Positions 26,475 through 38,898 of a DNA stretch of 64,000 nt are shown one piece after another. The notes below the pieces were generated by a model. That model did not search any database, had not been told where the DNA came from, and was given only the letters and a program-made list of their open reading frames with translations. Made by a program: the position numbers and the translations under genes. The DNA lies in the NCBI RefSeq assembly GCF_009834535.1, contig NC_045707.1, positions 62,994,001-63,058,000 of the forward strand. Reading direction: 5' to 3'. Position 1 is the stretch's first letter; each line of letters starts with the position of its first letter. The DNA is from Camelus ferus (lineage: Eukaryota).

Positions 26475-26930
26475 CTGCATTAGTTTCCTAGGGCTTCCAT
26501 TAAGGGGAAAAAAAAAAGTGCCAAAAACCAGACAGTTTAAAACACCAGGAATTCATTCTCTCATGTCATGGAGGCTAAAAGTCCAAGGTCAAAGCATCAT
26601 CGGGCCATGCTCCACCTGAAGTCTCTGGGAGGGAATCTAGATTCTCATCAGTCCCTCGCTTCTTGTCCTTGCTGGCAATCCTTCGACATTCCTTGAATTG
26701 TGGCAACATTAACTCCAATATCTGGCCTCCTCTCTGCATATGTTCACATTTCCCTCTTCTTGTAAAGACACCAGTCGTTGGATGAGAGACTGTCCTAATG
26801 CATTAGGACTTCATCTTCACTTGATTGCACCTGCAAAGGCACTGTTTCCAAACAAGGTCACGGACACAGGTGTGAGGGGGTTAGAACTTCAACATATCTT
26901 TTTGGTGGAGACAGTTCAACCCATACCACT
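26475..26930 (-). mobile_element. MaLR LTR (MLT1B/C-like) inserted in L2
   Basis: TGCATTAGTTTCCTAGGGCTTCC...GGAGGCTAAAAGTCCAAGGTCAA...GGTTAGAACTTCAACATATCTTTTTGG...CAGTTCAACCCATA. Confidence 0.85.
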
Positions 26931-27620
26931 TACCCTCTGCTTTCCCCCATTTGCCCTTGACTCCTTGAAACCACTGACCTCATCACAGCCAGAATGTTTT
27001 CCATGTCTGATCATGTTCCACCTTTCCTCAAACTCTCCACTGATGGTCCATTTCTCATGAAGTAAGGAAAAAACAAAACAAAACAAAACAAATCAAAGTC
27101 CTGAAAGAAGACAAAGGATGAGCTTGATCTCCCCACCTCCAGCCCGGGGCAATGTCTCAGAACTGCTCTCCCTGGGAAGCGTTCCATTCTAGCTACCTGG
27201 GACCTCTTCCCAGCCCTGGTGCTCCTGCCTCAGGCATTTGCACTTAGCATTTCCCTTATACAAAATTCTCTCTTCCCCTCAATTCCCATAGCCTCATGAT
27301 GTGTTCCCTTTCTTCCTTCCAGTTTCTGTTGAAATATCACCTCGGCAGAGAAGCCTTTCCTGATAACTCCATAGAAATTACTACTCTCTTCTACCTTATA
27401 TTCCTTGATTCACAACAGTGTCCTGGTTTGCACTCTTCATGTACAGATAGCACATGTCTCTAAAGGCCGTATTATATTTTTACTTATTTTATGTCTTTCT
27501 GATTCCACCCACTCCCCACACACACACTATAATGTAAGTGCCAAGAAAGCAAGGACTTTGTTCTGTTCACTCTTTTATCTCCAGTGTTTAGAACAATGTC
27601 CAACAAATGGCAGAAATCCA
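26931..27620 (+). mobile_element. LINE-2 3' end
   Basis: CCTGCCTCAGGCATTTGCACTT...TATCACCTCGGCAGAGAAGCCTTTCCTGA...GGACTTTGTTCTGTTCAC...TCTCCAGTGTTTAGAACAATG. Confidence 0.75.
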
Positions 27621-28439
27621 ATAGCAATGCAAATGGTACTTGTCCATAGAAATTCAAGTTGGTTTGGTGGAGATTTGATTGGTAATTGCCCTGTGGATAT
27701 TGACCAGTTGGACTGTTTTTCATCTAAGAAAATTTTTATCAGCCTTCCTGATGGCATGGTATATGTGTGGTTCTTGAGTTCCTTTGAAGAGCTTGTAACA
27801 TCCTACTAGTTCCCTCGTTATAACTTTTAATAACATCCACTTTGATAAAGTTTCTGGAAAGGGAAGGATGTGAATTGAGTTTCAGAGTATAGAAATGTAC
27901 TGCCATGTGGGGACTTAAAAGGCAAAGAGGGCAATAAAGATTTATGTATATTATTCCTTGGGATCTCATTCTTTTCAAAAAGGTAAAATCATGAATCTCA
28001 TAAAATGTAAAGTCAACTCAAGTCAACAATTTTGTTTAACTCATTAATTAATGAGGGGACTAGTAAAATTTAAAAAAAAAAGGAGAGTTAATCTTCGTAA
28101 GTCCAATTCATCTTCAAACTGCCACTAACAGGAACCATTTGCATTGCTCTGGACAAGAAACTTATTGATGCATCATTGGTGCATTGTCATCAGCCATCTA
28201 GATGTTAATATTTCTCTCTCTAAAAGTGCCAATTATCCAGCCAAAAATCATCAAAAGTACACACCCAATAAAATAAGATAATCCCTGAAAAGTACTTTAG
28301 ATAACACCCAGCATTCCATTGAAAGGGTATCCAGTAAGCTTTTTCAAAAATCTTCCAGAATTTTTTCTAAAATTACCAAGCAAGTTATGTAAAACATAGA
28401 CCCACATGCTTCTGAGGGTGATGAAGATTTGATTGGTTA

Positions 28440-28790
28440 GATGAAGGGGCAGTCCAGCTGGTAAAAGATGTTACTGCAAGGCAAGTGAGGATTTTATATA
28501 ACAAGTTATGGAAAATCATTCTAAATTATCAAGCAGAGGAGTGACTTCATGAAAACTATGTTTGAAAAGAGTCATTTTTAGCAGAGGTGTGTAGGATGGA
28601 AACTTGGAGATGGAGGAGAGGTGGGGGAGAAGACGGAAAGCAAGACGATACGCTTTGAAACGTTCTGTAGGAATTCAACTCTAATTTAGGTCTGGTATGT
28701 GCAACGGATCCAGATGAGATTGGAGAGAGAGCATTGGGTTTGGGGACGAAAAAGTCACCAGTTGAGTTGACCAGGAACGAATCAGCCTCC
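28440..28790 (-). mobile_element. LINE-2 fragment
   Basis: AAGCAGAGGAGTGACTTCATGAAAACTATGTTTGAAAAGAGTCATTTT matches L2 antisense. Confidence 0.55.
28614..28752 (+). repeat. Copy 1 of an approximately 138-bp dispersed direct repeat
   Basis: High identity to 29578-29715, including the exact run GTTCTGTAGGAATTCAACTCTAATTTAGGTCTGG. Confidence 0.9.
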
Positions 28791-29254
28791 TTGGAATTTT
28801 TCAGAGGATACCTGATTGTGGGAGTTTTTATGTTTCTCACATGCCAACATTTGACAGTTTATTTCTCTGCATTTCTATTCCTATTTGACAGCATGCTAAT
28901 AAGCGACTTTTCTTCTGAATTTAAAATATTGCATTCACCTTTTATTTGAGCCTTAGACTTTTGTAAAGTTTTCTTGCTTAAAATGTTTTCTCCCTAAAAT
29001 GTTTTCCTCCTCTATCATCTGAGAAAGGTATACAGATATAAAACATTCAAGTGTATCTACTCCACTGCTGTAAAAGTATTTGTAATATCCTTTCCTTGGT
29101 GGATCCTGTTTAGGTGTCAACTCTAGTGTAATTTATGAATATAATTTCACTGATATTTGTTTAATGCATTATTTAAATGCAGTATTGAATGGTAATAAAC
29201 CTCCTAACAATACTTACAACAAGCTTAGAGAAAGCCATTCTCTCTGTAAGCTTT

Positions 29255-29370
29255 TCTTCACAGCTTTATTGAGCTATAGTTGACGTGTAAAACTGTAAAT
29301 TTAAGGTGTACGTGATGATTAATACACATATATGTTACAAAATGAATACCACAATAAGTTTAGTGGTGTA
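29255..29370 (-). mobile_element. Short L1 3'-end fragment
   Basis: CAGCTTTATTGAGCTATAGTTGACG...TTTAAGGTGTAC...AAATGAATACCACAATAAGTTTAGT. Confidence 0.7.
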
Positions 29371-29577
29371 CGTTTTTTAAAAATCAGTATTTCAATTTTG
29401 TGTGTAAGTTTGACTGGATTTTACCAGGTTTATAAAAACTAAGAAAAAGCTTCATGCCTATTCAATATTAGAAAGCAAAACAAATCATTCAGGTCACTTA
29501 AATCTATATTGAAGTGGTTAGGTTATATCCTAATTTCAGGAAAACCAAATACCAGGGAACCTTTTCACCATAACTGC

Positions 29578-29715
29578 AGGAGAGGTGGGGGAGAAGATGG
29601 AAGCAAGATGACACGCTTTGAAATGTTCTGTAGGAATTCAACTCTAATTTAGGTCTGGGACGTGCAACGGATCCAGACAGGGTTGGAGAGAGAGCACTGG
29701 GCTTTGGGAACAAAA
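29578..29715 (+). repeat. Copy 2 of the approximately 138-bp dispersed direct repeat
   Basis: See copy 1. Both copies give PKLELNSYRTFQSVSSCF in the ORF track. Confidence 0.9.
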
Positions 29716-30534
29716 TAATTGAAGTTCAAGCCATGCTTCTGATCTTTGATTTGAGTATACTTTCTTCATTTGCTTGGATTTTGTAGAAGCTACATAGTGG
29801 TGTTTTAAGAAAATGCCCCTTTTTGTAGCTTGGTATATTCTAAGCAAACATATACACTCTAAAAATGCACCTCCAAAGTTAACCTTCTGAAAATAAAAAC
29901 CGTACTGAGGACATCATAAATGATTCACCAGTGACAGACGTACAGGTAATTTTTATGACCTGAGCCATGAATTGTTCTTTTGTACTTGATTCAAGTGACT
30001 ACTTTCCACTATACTGAGCCATGAGTTTCAAAAATAAACCTGCTGCTGATAAGGAGATTTACAGAGAACAAAAAAGCCTGAGTCAACTATTTATCTGGGA
30101 CTAAATTCTGTGAACTAAGCTTAGTTCAAGCAAGGGGTTTTCTGAGCAGTTCATTTATTTTAATATGGTACAAGCACTTTGGAGTTACACTGTAGCTTAT
30201 GTTCACAGCGCACTGACAGAAGAGGAGGGGAAAGGCCTGGAGGTAACATTTCATGCATTCTTAGAGCTAAAAACTGAGCACCTGCTAGAAGCAAAGCTCC
30301 ATGCCAGATGCTCCGGAGATACACAGGCCTCGCCTGCAAGGAGCGTACACCTATTATAGAGGGAATAAAGCCAGTGTACAGATCATTACGTTATGACAAA
30401 TTATAATACAGGACAGAATATTATAAATACTATAGGAAGGGCATAAAAGCCAACTTTTTCAGAAATTACAAAGACAGAGAAAGAACATTGGTTGTCTAGA
30501 AGAATGAGAAAAACTTCATGGCGTTTGAATAGAA

Positions 30535-30705
30535 CAGTGTTTCTCAAACTTCTGCATGCATGAGAGATGCCTGGGGAGCCTGTTAAAATTTAGATTTCTG
30601 GACCATCCCTAGAGATGCTGATTTATACAATCAGCCTGCATTTCTAACCAGCACCCTGGCTGATTTAGATGGAAATGGCCCAAGTCCTGAGCTTTATGAA
30701 CACAA
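30535..30705 (+). mobile_element. MER5A-like hAT MITE
   Basis: Starts CAGTGTTTCTCAAACTT; internal CCTGGGGAGCCTGTTAAAAT...TGCATTTCTAACCAGCACCC; ends CTTTATGAACAC. Confidence 0.8.
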
Positions 30706-31411
30706 GGGTCGAGCCTTCAAAGATAAATAGCATTGAGAAGGCAGTGATGAAAGAAGAATTCAGATTAAAGGAATGCTAGAATAAGTAAGAAGATAGAAAA
30801 CTTGATGTGTTATCTGATCTCTGTAGGGGGCTTTGGTATCCCTCTCGGACCCCAATTAGCTTATTAAAATAATAACGGGTTCTGATGAGCAGTTCTAGAA
30901 AATAGAAAAACTTGGATTTCGGCAATAGAATATATTTAATATCACTACCCCCAGACTATCCCTAAATTGTCTAAAAGTTGATCAGGAGGATATAAAGCAT
31001 CAGTAAGAGGTCTTCATACCACCAGGTGAGCTCATCTAAACAGCTGCAGAACTCCTGGGGGAAAGACATCACGGGGAGCTCACAAGGAGGTCAGCGAGGT
31101 GGTGAGCTCCTCAGACCAGCATGCAGGTACTGGTTTTCTGTAGACCTGCTCTGAGTAGCTGCTCTGTTTTGCTGGAGCCAGGAGGGTCCAATTGTTCCCT
31201 ATAATCAGTGGGCAGTTTTCATGACCAGGTACGGATGACTGTCATGGCGGGAAGAGGGTAGGGAAGTCACCTAGCTTTCTCCTGCGTCCAATGGCAAGCG
31301 ACTGGGACCTCCCTAGGTCCTGTATATTTGACATAAGCTCCTATTCCCTTATTGACATTTTAGTCTCACTCACAACCCCATTTTACATATTATCTGTCTT
31401 CACACAACGTT

Positions 31412-31853
31412 CTACTGGAGAAAATGCTGGTTCACAAACTGTAAAGTTCCCCAGGTGAAATTCGAAGCTGGCCCCTGTACAAGGAAGGCGAGGAGAGACG
31501 GAAGCAAGAGACAGACCACTCCAGAAAGAGTAAGAGAACTGATTTACAAGGTTCATCCTGGGCGGCTGCAAGACGAGTAGATCTCACCAACCACCTGCCA
31601 GAATCTTAACGTTTTGTATAGAAGTTTGCCTAACTGGGTTCAGTCACGTATTGAGTCCAGATGGTCTAAACAACACTTTATTCTCTCAAAGCTGCATCCT
31701 TAGAACAGTTCCTAATATGGCAATGGCAGGCTGAGCATATGGCAATGGCAGGCTGAGCATACATTTTAAGAAAGGGTAGGGGGTAAGGAGCCTTGGATTG
31801 CCTGGGTCCAGATCAACCAAAGGTCACGTCCTCAGGTTGACCTCTTCCTCCAA
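31412..31853 (-). mobile_element. Probable ERV solo LTR
   Basis: About 440-bp block with GAGACAGACCACTCCAG...GGGCGGCTGCAAGACGAGTAGATCTC, which I recall from laurasiatherian ERV LTRs. Family and ends are uncertain. Confidence 0.45.
31715..31761 (+). repeat. Perfect 22-bp tandem duplication (ATATGGCAATGGCAGGCTGAGC x2)
   Basis: Direct inspection. Confidence 0.95.
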
Positions 31854-34479
31854 AAGGCACCTAGCACTCTTTAACTGTGCTGGCAGACAGCTAAAGCAGC
31901 AGAGGTGGGGGGCTAGGACTTGGGGAAAAGCACTGTACAATTGGTAAACATCCAGCCTCCATATATGAGAAATTTCTGAGTGCCCATCACCTCAAAAACT
32001 TGCAAACGAGTTGAGAACACTATGGTTAAAACATGGTATATGGCAAGAAGTGAGAACCTAGGAGTAAAACAGGCAAATTGTGAAAAATCTTGAATGTTAG
32101 TGCAACAGATTTTCTCAACAGACCAAAGGGAATCATTACATGTAATTCAAACTGGGCTGTAGGAAGTTTGAACTATATGCAAAGCATGGAGACATTAGCT
32201 AAAGGCAAGACAAACACAGGAAACTCCAAACAGATTCATAGAGTTAGGATTATTTTTACACAGTCAGCCCCCCAAAACCTCTGTGTTGATCTATGGAAGA
32301 AATTTAATTACAGCGTTCATTCCAATTTGTTTCTTAAAGAACTTTCATGTAACATCCAAAGCAGAATCCCAGAGGCTTTATTATTGGGCTCCCTAGAAGA
32401 AAAGGGCAATTTTAACCACTTAAATTATATAAATAATTGAAAACATCAGAAATGGAAACTTGATTATCCATATATTTGTGTCCTTTCTTGCTATTGACTT
32501 CCATCACCCACAATCTTAAGAAGGCATTGTTCTTTATCTCAGATTCTCCCCATAATGATTACTACTTCTGAAAAATAGTCTTCAAAATAGAAATTGTTTG
32601 CTTCCATCGGATCAGAGAGAATTAATTTAAAGCTAGGCCTTTCCTCTAACCTGAGTGGCTAAAAGGAATGAATAGGAGAGATCCTCAAGGTCTTATTTAA
32701 CTTCTCCCTATGTCATTAAATATTCCTTTTAACCCCCTCTCCCACAAGTTCTTTGTTTTTCTCTCACTGAAACCACAGAATGATCGATCAGTAATCTTCC
32801 TCCAACTCCATTTACTCCACAAAGCCTTTCCTAAAGAGTTCAGTCTACACCCAACTTTTCTCAAAAGTAACCTTAAAATAAGTCTTATATGTTTTTCTCT
32901 CTTCTTTTATGATATCTTGTTTTATCCATAATTGCTATTTGTCCAATCACACAAATTTCTAGGCAAAGACCTACACTTTATATTACTTTAATATCATCTA
33001 ATTTAGGTTTGACAGCACAAATAGGTCAATAAAAATTCACCATTCATTAGCTCCATAGTGATTGTAGCTTAGACCTTTAACATTTAGTAAGACTATGAAA
33101 TATAGTGATGGCATGTGGGCCAGACGATCATATAATTCACCTTCACCTTCAGTCCATACTAAAACATCAAGGAAAAGAAGCTTAACACAATTTTCCCAGT
33201 CCAATCCATGAGCTTTCAAAAAATTTCAAAGCCAAAAAGGGTATATTTGACATAAGCTCAGATTCCCTTATTGACATTTTAGTCTCACTAAATATCCTCA
33301 TTTTCTAGGACAGATTCATTTTTTGAGGTACTAAGTTAACACTGTGAATGTTTTCTACATGAGGATACTTTAAGAAAGCAGCATGTGTGCGAAGTCAAGT
33401 GTATGTGAAGTTCATAGAATATTACATGAAAAGTGTGCTTTGTCAATGCAGACTTCCACTAACAGTGAACAAAAAAAAAATCTTTGCAAAAACTATATAG
33501 ACACTTGAAAAAATTATATTTGGCTAGTTTTGCTCTTCAACTAAAACGTCTCTCTCCCTTGTGCATTTTGCAACCTTTTGGCAGCTTTATTGTTGAAAAA
33601 CCAAGGTACATTCATAATTGCACCACAGTAACAGGCATTTATCACCGGCAGAGGTTCTGTGCTATAAATGAGTTACTGTAACAGATGTGTCATGGAATAG
33701 CATCTTATTATCCTTCTCTTCCTCTAGTTTCTCTACCAAGTGGGTCAAAGTCGATAACAAGTGTTCCTCGTAAGTGATATTTTTGAACAAATTAAAGGAA
33801 CGAAGTGAGTTTTAAAGCTTTAGCTTTGCAATATTTTTAAATGATCAACAACTTTTTATTCCAGTTGTGCTTCTAAATCCCCCAAACACTTCCTGCTCCG
33901 TGCTGATTCTGCTTCTATTGGAAAGCCGTTGGTTTCTGTACTGGCACTTAGGTTGCTCTCAATCAAGAAAATGTGATTGAGAATTTATTATATTTGAAGT
34001 TGCTGTCAAGAAATGAAAAAAATATATCATTTTCATCCTTGAAGAACGTATAATCCAGTTGGGAGGTAAAATTTATTGATATAAAATAGCAAAGAAGTAT
34101 GAAATGGATGGTAGAGTCAATAAGAACTATCTACACTAAAAAAGAGAATCTGTTCCAAAGAGAGAGACTTCAATTTGACCCTAAAAAATGTAGCTGTGAA
34201 TAAATCAATGTCTAATATAGATTTTAAGATTTCCAATTGACTTGATTCTGGTGTGTCTGAAAACAGTCAGAGAGAAAATAATCTACCCTATTCCTCTTCA
34301 TAAAGCTTTAGCAAGATATGAGAGTAAAAATATTTATCAGCTATCTGGCATGTGGGTAGCTGCTGTTTTAATATTTCTGAGGTAGGTACAGTGGGTATCA
34401 GAAGCATAGAAGCATAGGGTTCTGTTACCATATTATTTTAATTCCTTTAGTGAACCCCCAAAGAAGGCGGTGCATAGGC

Positions 34480-34975
34480 TATGAGCAGGGTTCTCCCCAA
34501 ACCAGTCCCATGTAAATGGAGACTAACCACTGGATCCACACTTCTAAGTGAGAAAAGAACTGGCAAGAATCAGACTTGCTGGCAGAATGTTATCTAGGGG
34601 TAGGGGGGAGAAGGCATGATCCCATCTTATGATTTAAATGAGGACAAAGATGTCATACTGCTCATATAAAGAGAGAAGTTATAATGGATGACAAGATCTG
34701 AATCCCCAAATTCTCACATGACAAAATTCAACAAGAGCAAAAATATTCATTTCTTGACTTGGGTACCAAGAGTAATCAGTATGTAATTGAGATGTGGCTT
34801 AGCAGTATTCAGACTTTGAACCGTTCACACATTAAGAGCTATGTGGATCCAGTTGATTTAAAAAAAAAAACAAAACCTGCCTCTTTACCATTACTAGAAG
34901 TATAGTACCTAAAGCATGGCAAGGCATTTTCTTCTCTGTTCTTGCAATTTGGCCAATCTGTACAAGGTCTATATT
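34480..34975 (+). mobile_element. Ancient CR1/L3 LINE fragment
   Basis: GGATGACAAGATC...ATGACAAAATTCAACAAGAGCAAAAAT...GACTTGGGT...GATGTGGCTTAGCAGTA resembles the decayed L3 RT 3' region. Confidence 0.55.
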
Positions 34976-35620
34976 ACATTACAAAATCAAATTCTCTCAA
35001 GTGATGATAAATATTATGAGAAGGTAAGTGTTCATAGTCAAAGAAAATAAAATATTTGCACACAATATTCAGGCAAATCATTTGCATTCATTCAAGTTTT
35101 TCAAGTAACTGAGAATGACTAGAAACTTAAAACATGACAATTCTTATTTTAAAATGAATTTGTGATAAAACAAGCAGATGTCCGCATATCACCTTATTAG
35201 AGTTCCTATGTTTTGTTCCTCACAGGAAAGGGCAACTTGATTTTTTTTTCAGTTTCCTTTTTCCAAACTTAAGCTTTGGAATTTCTTTCTGCATTCAAGA
35301 GAATACCTAGGGTGTACCTAGCCAGATATCTACTGAATCTTATTTGATGGTTGTAGAAACTCACGTCCCTTCCTATTGAACCAAAAGTAGTAATATCACA
35401 CTTCAGCTTAAATCTTTCCTCTAAATCACAATGTATTTTCTCATATGCAACAAAATGAGAATTTCCAAACTAGAAAATTGAATTAATTTGAGTCTAAAAG
35501 ATTGGAAAATGATTTTAATATGTAACATAGGACTGTAATTCCACTTTTTCCATGTGGAAATATGCTTGGTTAAAAGTTCTGTCATCTCCTCTCAACACTC
35601 CTCACTCTTCTTCTCCATCC

Positions 35621-35621
<1 letters not shown>

Positions 35622-35664
<43 letters not shown>
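35622..35664 (+). repeat. (CA)n microsatellite
   Basis: Direct inspection. Confidence 0.95.
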
Positions 35665-35669
<5 letters not shown>

Positions 35670-37454
35670 CGAACATCTCAACACTTAACAATTCTTGCTC
35701 TTCCTGGGTATTTTGAACAGGATTGAAATTAATATTTATTTTGAAACTTGTGTTTATTATATGAAGCATTCCACTTATTTGGGTCAATTATTTTCACTTG
35801 ACTATCACTGGAAAATATTAAGGTGATCCAAGCCTCAGAATAACTGTCATTTGCATAATATATTCATGATGTACTTAACTGTAGTGCCTTAGATATTCTC
35901 TGCATTTTGCATATTCTCTGCCTTCTGAAGTCCATGCCCATCTTAAATATAGCAAGCCTATTTTCCAATCCCTTTTGGTGCTAAGTTTTGCTATATGTCT
36001 ATCTAATACTGTTGGATTGAAGCCATTCCTATTAAGATTTAGCTTTAGGACTTCTACCCAGATCTTTGCCCATTAAGCAGTTCCTTCTTTCACTTTACCC
36101 AGCAGGCAGTTGTTGAAGTTCTGGGTAGACCTGACTTTGTCATAAATGTGTCAGTGAAGTTAGTCATTGTGCAAATTATAATTCTGATAACTTAATAAAA
36201 AATTTCTAACTTGGAAGGTTTTGCTCTACAGCAAAATTTCTTTTCTGCATAAAAATGGGTTGGTTCAACATCAAATCATATGGAGACAATTACCTTTAGG
36301 GTAAAAGATGGAGAATGAAAAAATAGCAGAAGTAGGATAGAGGGGATTCCAGATTTTTTGGGGGGGTCACATATGGCTCAAGTGTTCTCCAATTAAATTA
36401 TTCACCCTCCACCAGGTTGCTAAAATGTTCCAGAGGTGGCAATGTTTCTAGTTCCCTTTTCCATGAGGAAAAAAAAAAGAATTTGTTTGTATTCTGAAAT
36501 CTGTAATTAGCTAGCTATTTTAGGAAAAGAAAGTAAATTTCAGCAACCCAAGGGAAGTCAAAAACTAAAGGATTGACGAATGAGCACGAAGACTCAAGAA
36601 TACACCTAAGCAGTTTCAATGCACCCAGATGCCCTTTGGGTCTTGTTTGACAATCTCAAGAACACATGTCACTTTCTATTAGGCGCACTGATATAGAAAG
36701 AGCACCGAACTTTCACTATTCCTTTTGCAATGTCAAGTGAAAATAGAGTGTCTGCTGCTGAAAAAGGCTCAGTGCTCAGCTGGCAGGTCACAGTGAGAGA
36801 GAGAAAGAGAGGGGAGAGTAGAGGAAACGAAACTTGAAAAGAATTAGAAAAAAAAGAATAACATTTCAGAAGATAACAGTTTATAATAGTAGTTGATGAT
36901 GTGTTTATCTCTCTGATGTAACAATTTTAACCCACGTTTCAGGCCTGAACTCCAATTTCAGGCACTTGCAAAATGAAAAAGAAAGAAAGAAAGAAAGAGA
37001 TTGTTCTATTCAGCAGAGCAAAGGTGCAATCATTTGTTGGACGACCTGACAATTTCAAAGCAAAATAAAAGTGGAAAAATGGTTATTGCTGATAATAGTA
37101 GATGTGGAGATAGTCACAAGGCTATAGAGACTCATCAGACTATAGAGAAAAGGATGTAAGACAAAGTGGCTGACAGGAGAGTGTCAGCGTGAGAACACAG
37201 GAAAAACGAGGCAGCTACGTGGACCGCAGGGAAGCCGTCGGCTTTCTGCACAGTGTCAGAGACACGCTAGTTGTTCAAGTCTCCTGTTCGCTTTTACCTA
37301 CAGAGCTGATTGAGAACACAATTTTCATTTCTATATTCAAAGAAGGACGATAAACAATAAAAAGCAATTCTTAGATTTCTAAAAAGACAGGTACTTTCGG
37401 TAACATCCTTTACGTGTTGTTTCAGTGGCCTGCTGCTCAATTTGGTGTCTGCTT

Positions 37455-37815
37455 CCCAGAGGTTCTTAACCATGACTGTGTATTAAAATCATCTGGGGGC
37501 TCTAAAAATCCTGATGCGTATTCCTCATGCCAGAGAGTCTTCTTCTGTTGGATTGAAGTGTGGCCCAGGCATCAGTATGTTTTAAAAGCTCTTTCAAGGG
37601 AGTCTGAAGTCAAGTCAGGGCAGAGAACCCCTGCACCCAGCCAAGTGCTTCTTAAAGTGTGGTCTGGGTGGGTGGCCTCCCCCAGAATCACCTACAGTTC
37701 TTACTCAAAATGCAGATGACCCCACCCCCCACCCAACACCTGCTAAGACAGAATCTCTACAGCTGGGGGGCAGGCAGCATTGTTTTCTTAATAAGCTCCT
37801 GACAATTCTTAGAGA
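37455..37815. mobile_element. Two adjacent MER5-like hAT MITE fragments
   Basis: CAGAGGTTCTTAACCATG...GGCCCAGGCATCAGTATGTTTTAAAAGCTC...GAGAACCCCTG, then AGTGCTTCTTAAAGTGTGGTC...AAAATGCAGAT...CAGAATCTCT. Confidence 0.75.
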
Positions 37816-38124
37816 GAATTCCTCTGATCGTGCCTCTGTCATGTAATGTCACTTGACAGGCTTTTCAGGTAAAGGCACTATCCATGCTCCAGCACCCCAA
37901 TTCGTATTTTGCAATAGCCATTTTCTGATTTATGTGATGGTTCTGTGGCACAATAATCATTCAGACAGAGAAATAAATAGACTACATGTACATAGGTATA
38001 GATACATGCGATAGACATGTATGTGTGGTATCTATATATGATATATATAGATACAGATGTTATCTATCTATGCATATAATCTCTAGTATATGTGGGCACC
38101 GGCTATAATACTAGTAGGAGTATT

Positions 38125-38210
38125 TATTTATTTTTTGATGGAAGTACTGGGGATTGAACCCAGGACCTTGTGCAAGCACGTGCTCTACCACTGAGCTATA
38201 CGCCACCCCC
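38125..38210 (-). mobile_element. Short tRNA-derived SINE (camelid vic-1-like) with TSD
   Basis: Minus strand GGGGGTGGCGTATAGCTCAGTGGTAGAGCAC...GGTCCTGGGTTCAATCCCCAGTACTTCC plus A-rich tail; Pol III A and B boxes; TSD A(G/A)TAGGAGTATT at 38113-38124 and 38211-38222. Confidence 0.9.
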
Positions 38211-38578
38211 AATAGGAGTATTCTTGATTCTGGCTTGGAAGGCCTTTCGTGCCTTACTCCCATGCTCACAGCAGAGCAGAATTTCCTCCACCTGAATAAA
38301 GTACCCTGGGTATGGCTCAAATGGGTGGCTATGCAGAATTAACTCCTAATGTTCTCTGAACAATCCTAAGAAATAGAAAAGCCCAGAAACATTGAAAAAT
38401 GTACTTTGAGTACTACTTATGCACCCTGATTATATATATTTTATAGACCTGTTGTTATTGAAAACTGTTTCTGAAATTCAGGGATCCTGACAGTCTGTTG
38501 AATGTGAAAACTTATTAAAAAGCAATCTGAAAATACATTTCAGGTGAAATCACATTTACCAAAGTGCAAATCATTTCA

Positions 38579-38898
38579 TTTATTCTAAAGGCATATAATT
38601 AGAAAGGAGGGTGAATTTTTTTTTTCTTTTTACAGTATAGTGCAGGTACATACTTCTTTATTTCAGCTTCAATGTGTCTATTAAAAAATCCACGTCGAAA
38701 AAGAAAGTGATTTTTTTTTCTCTTTTCGTGGACCTCTACAGTGTGTATATTCAGAATTTTAAAAATCAGTTCTGAAGTGAAAACGAAAGCATAATTTAAA
38801 AAAAAAAAGGCAGAAGGTATTATTTATCTTGGCCTTAGCTGCTCATGTCAGAAAATTAAGACAGTGATGAATTACACATTACTGTACAAAATTTTATT
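38579..38898 (-). terminator. Cluster of candidate distal polyadenylation signals
   Basis: Three AATAAA hexamers on the minus strand within 320 nt, with nearby TGTA motifs. Confidence 0.4.

Noticed and set aside
30800..31320. GC-richer block that might be an LTR or exon
   Set aside because: I could not assign a family, ends, ORF or splice structure by eye; it needs a Dfam search.
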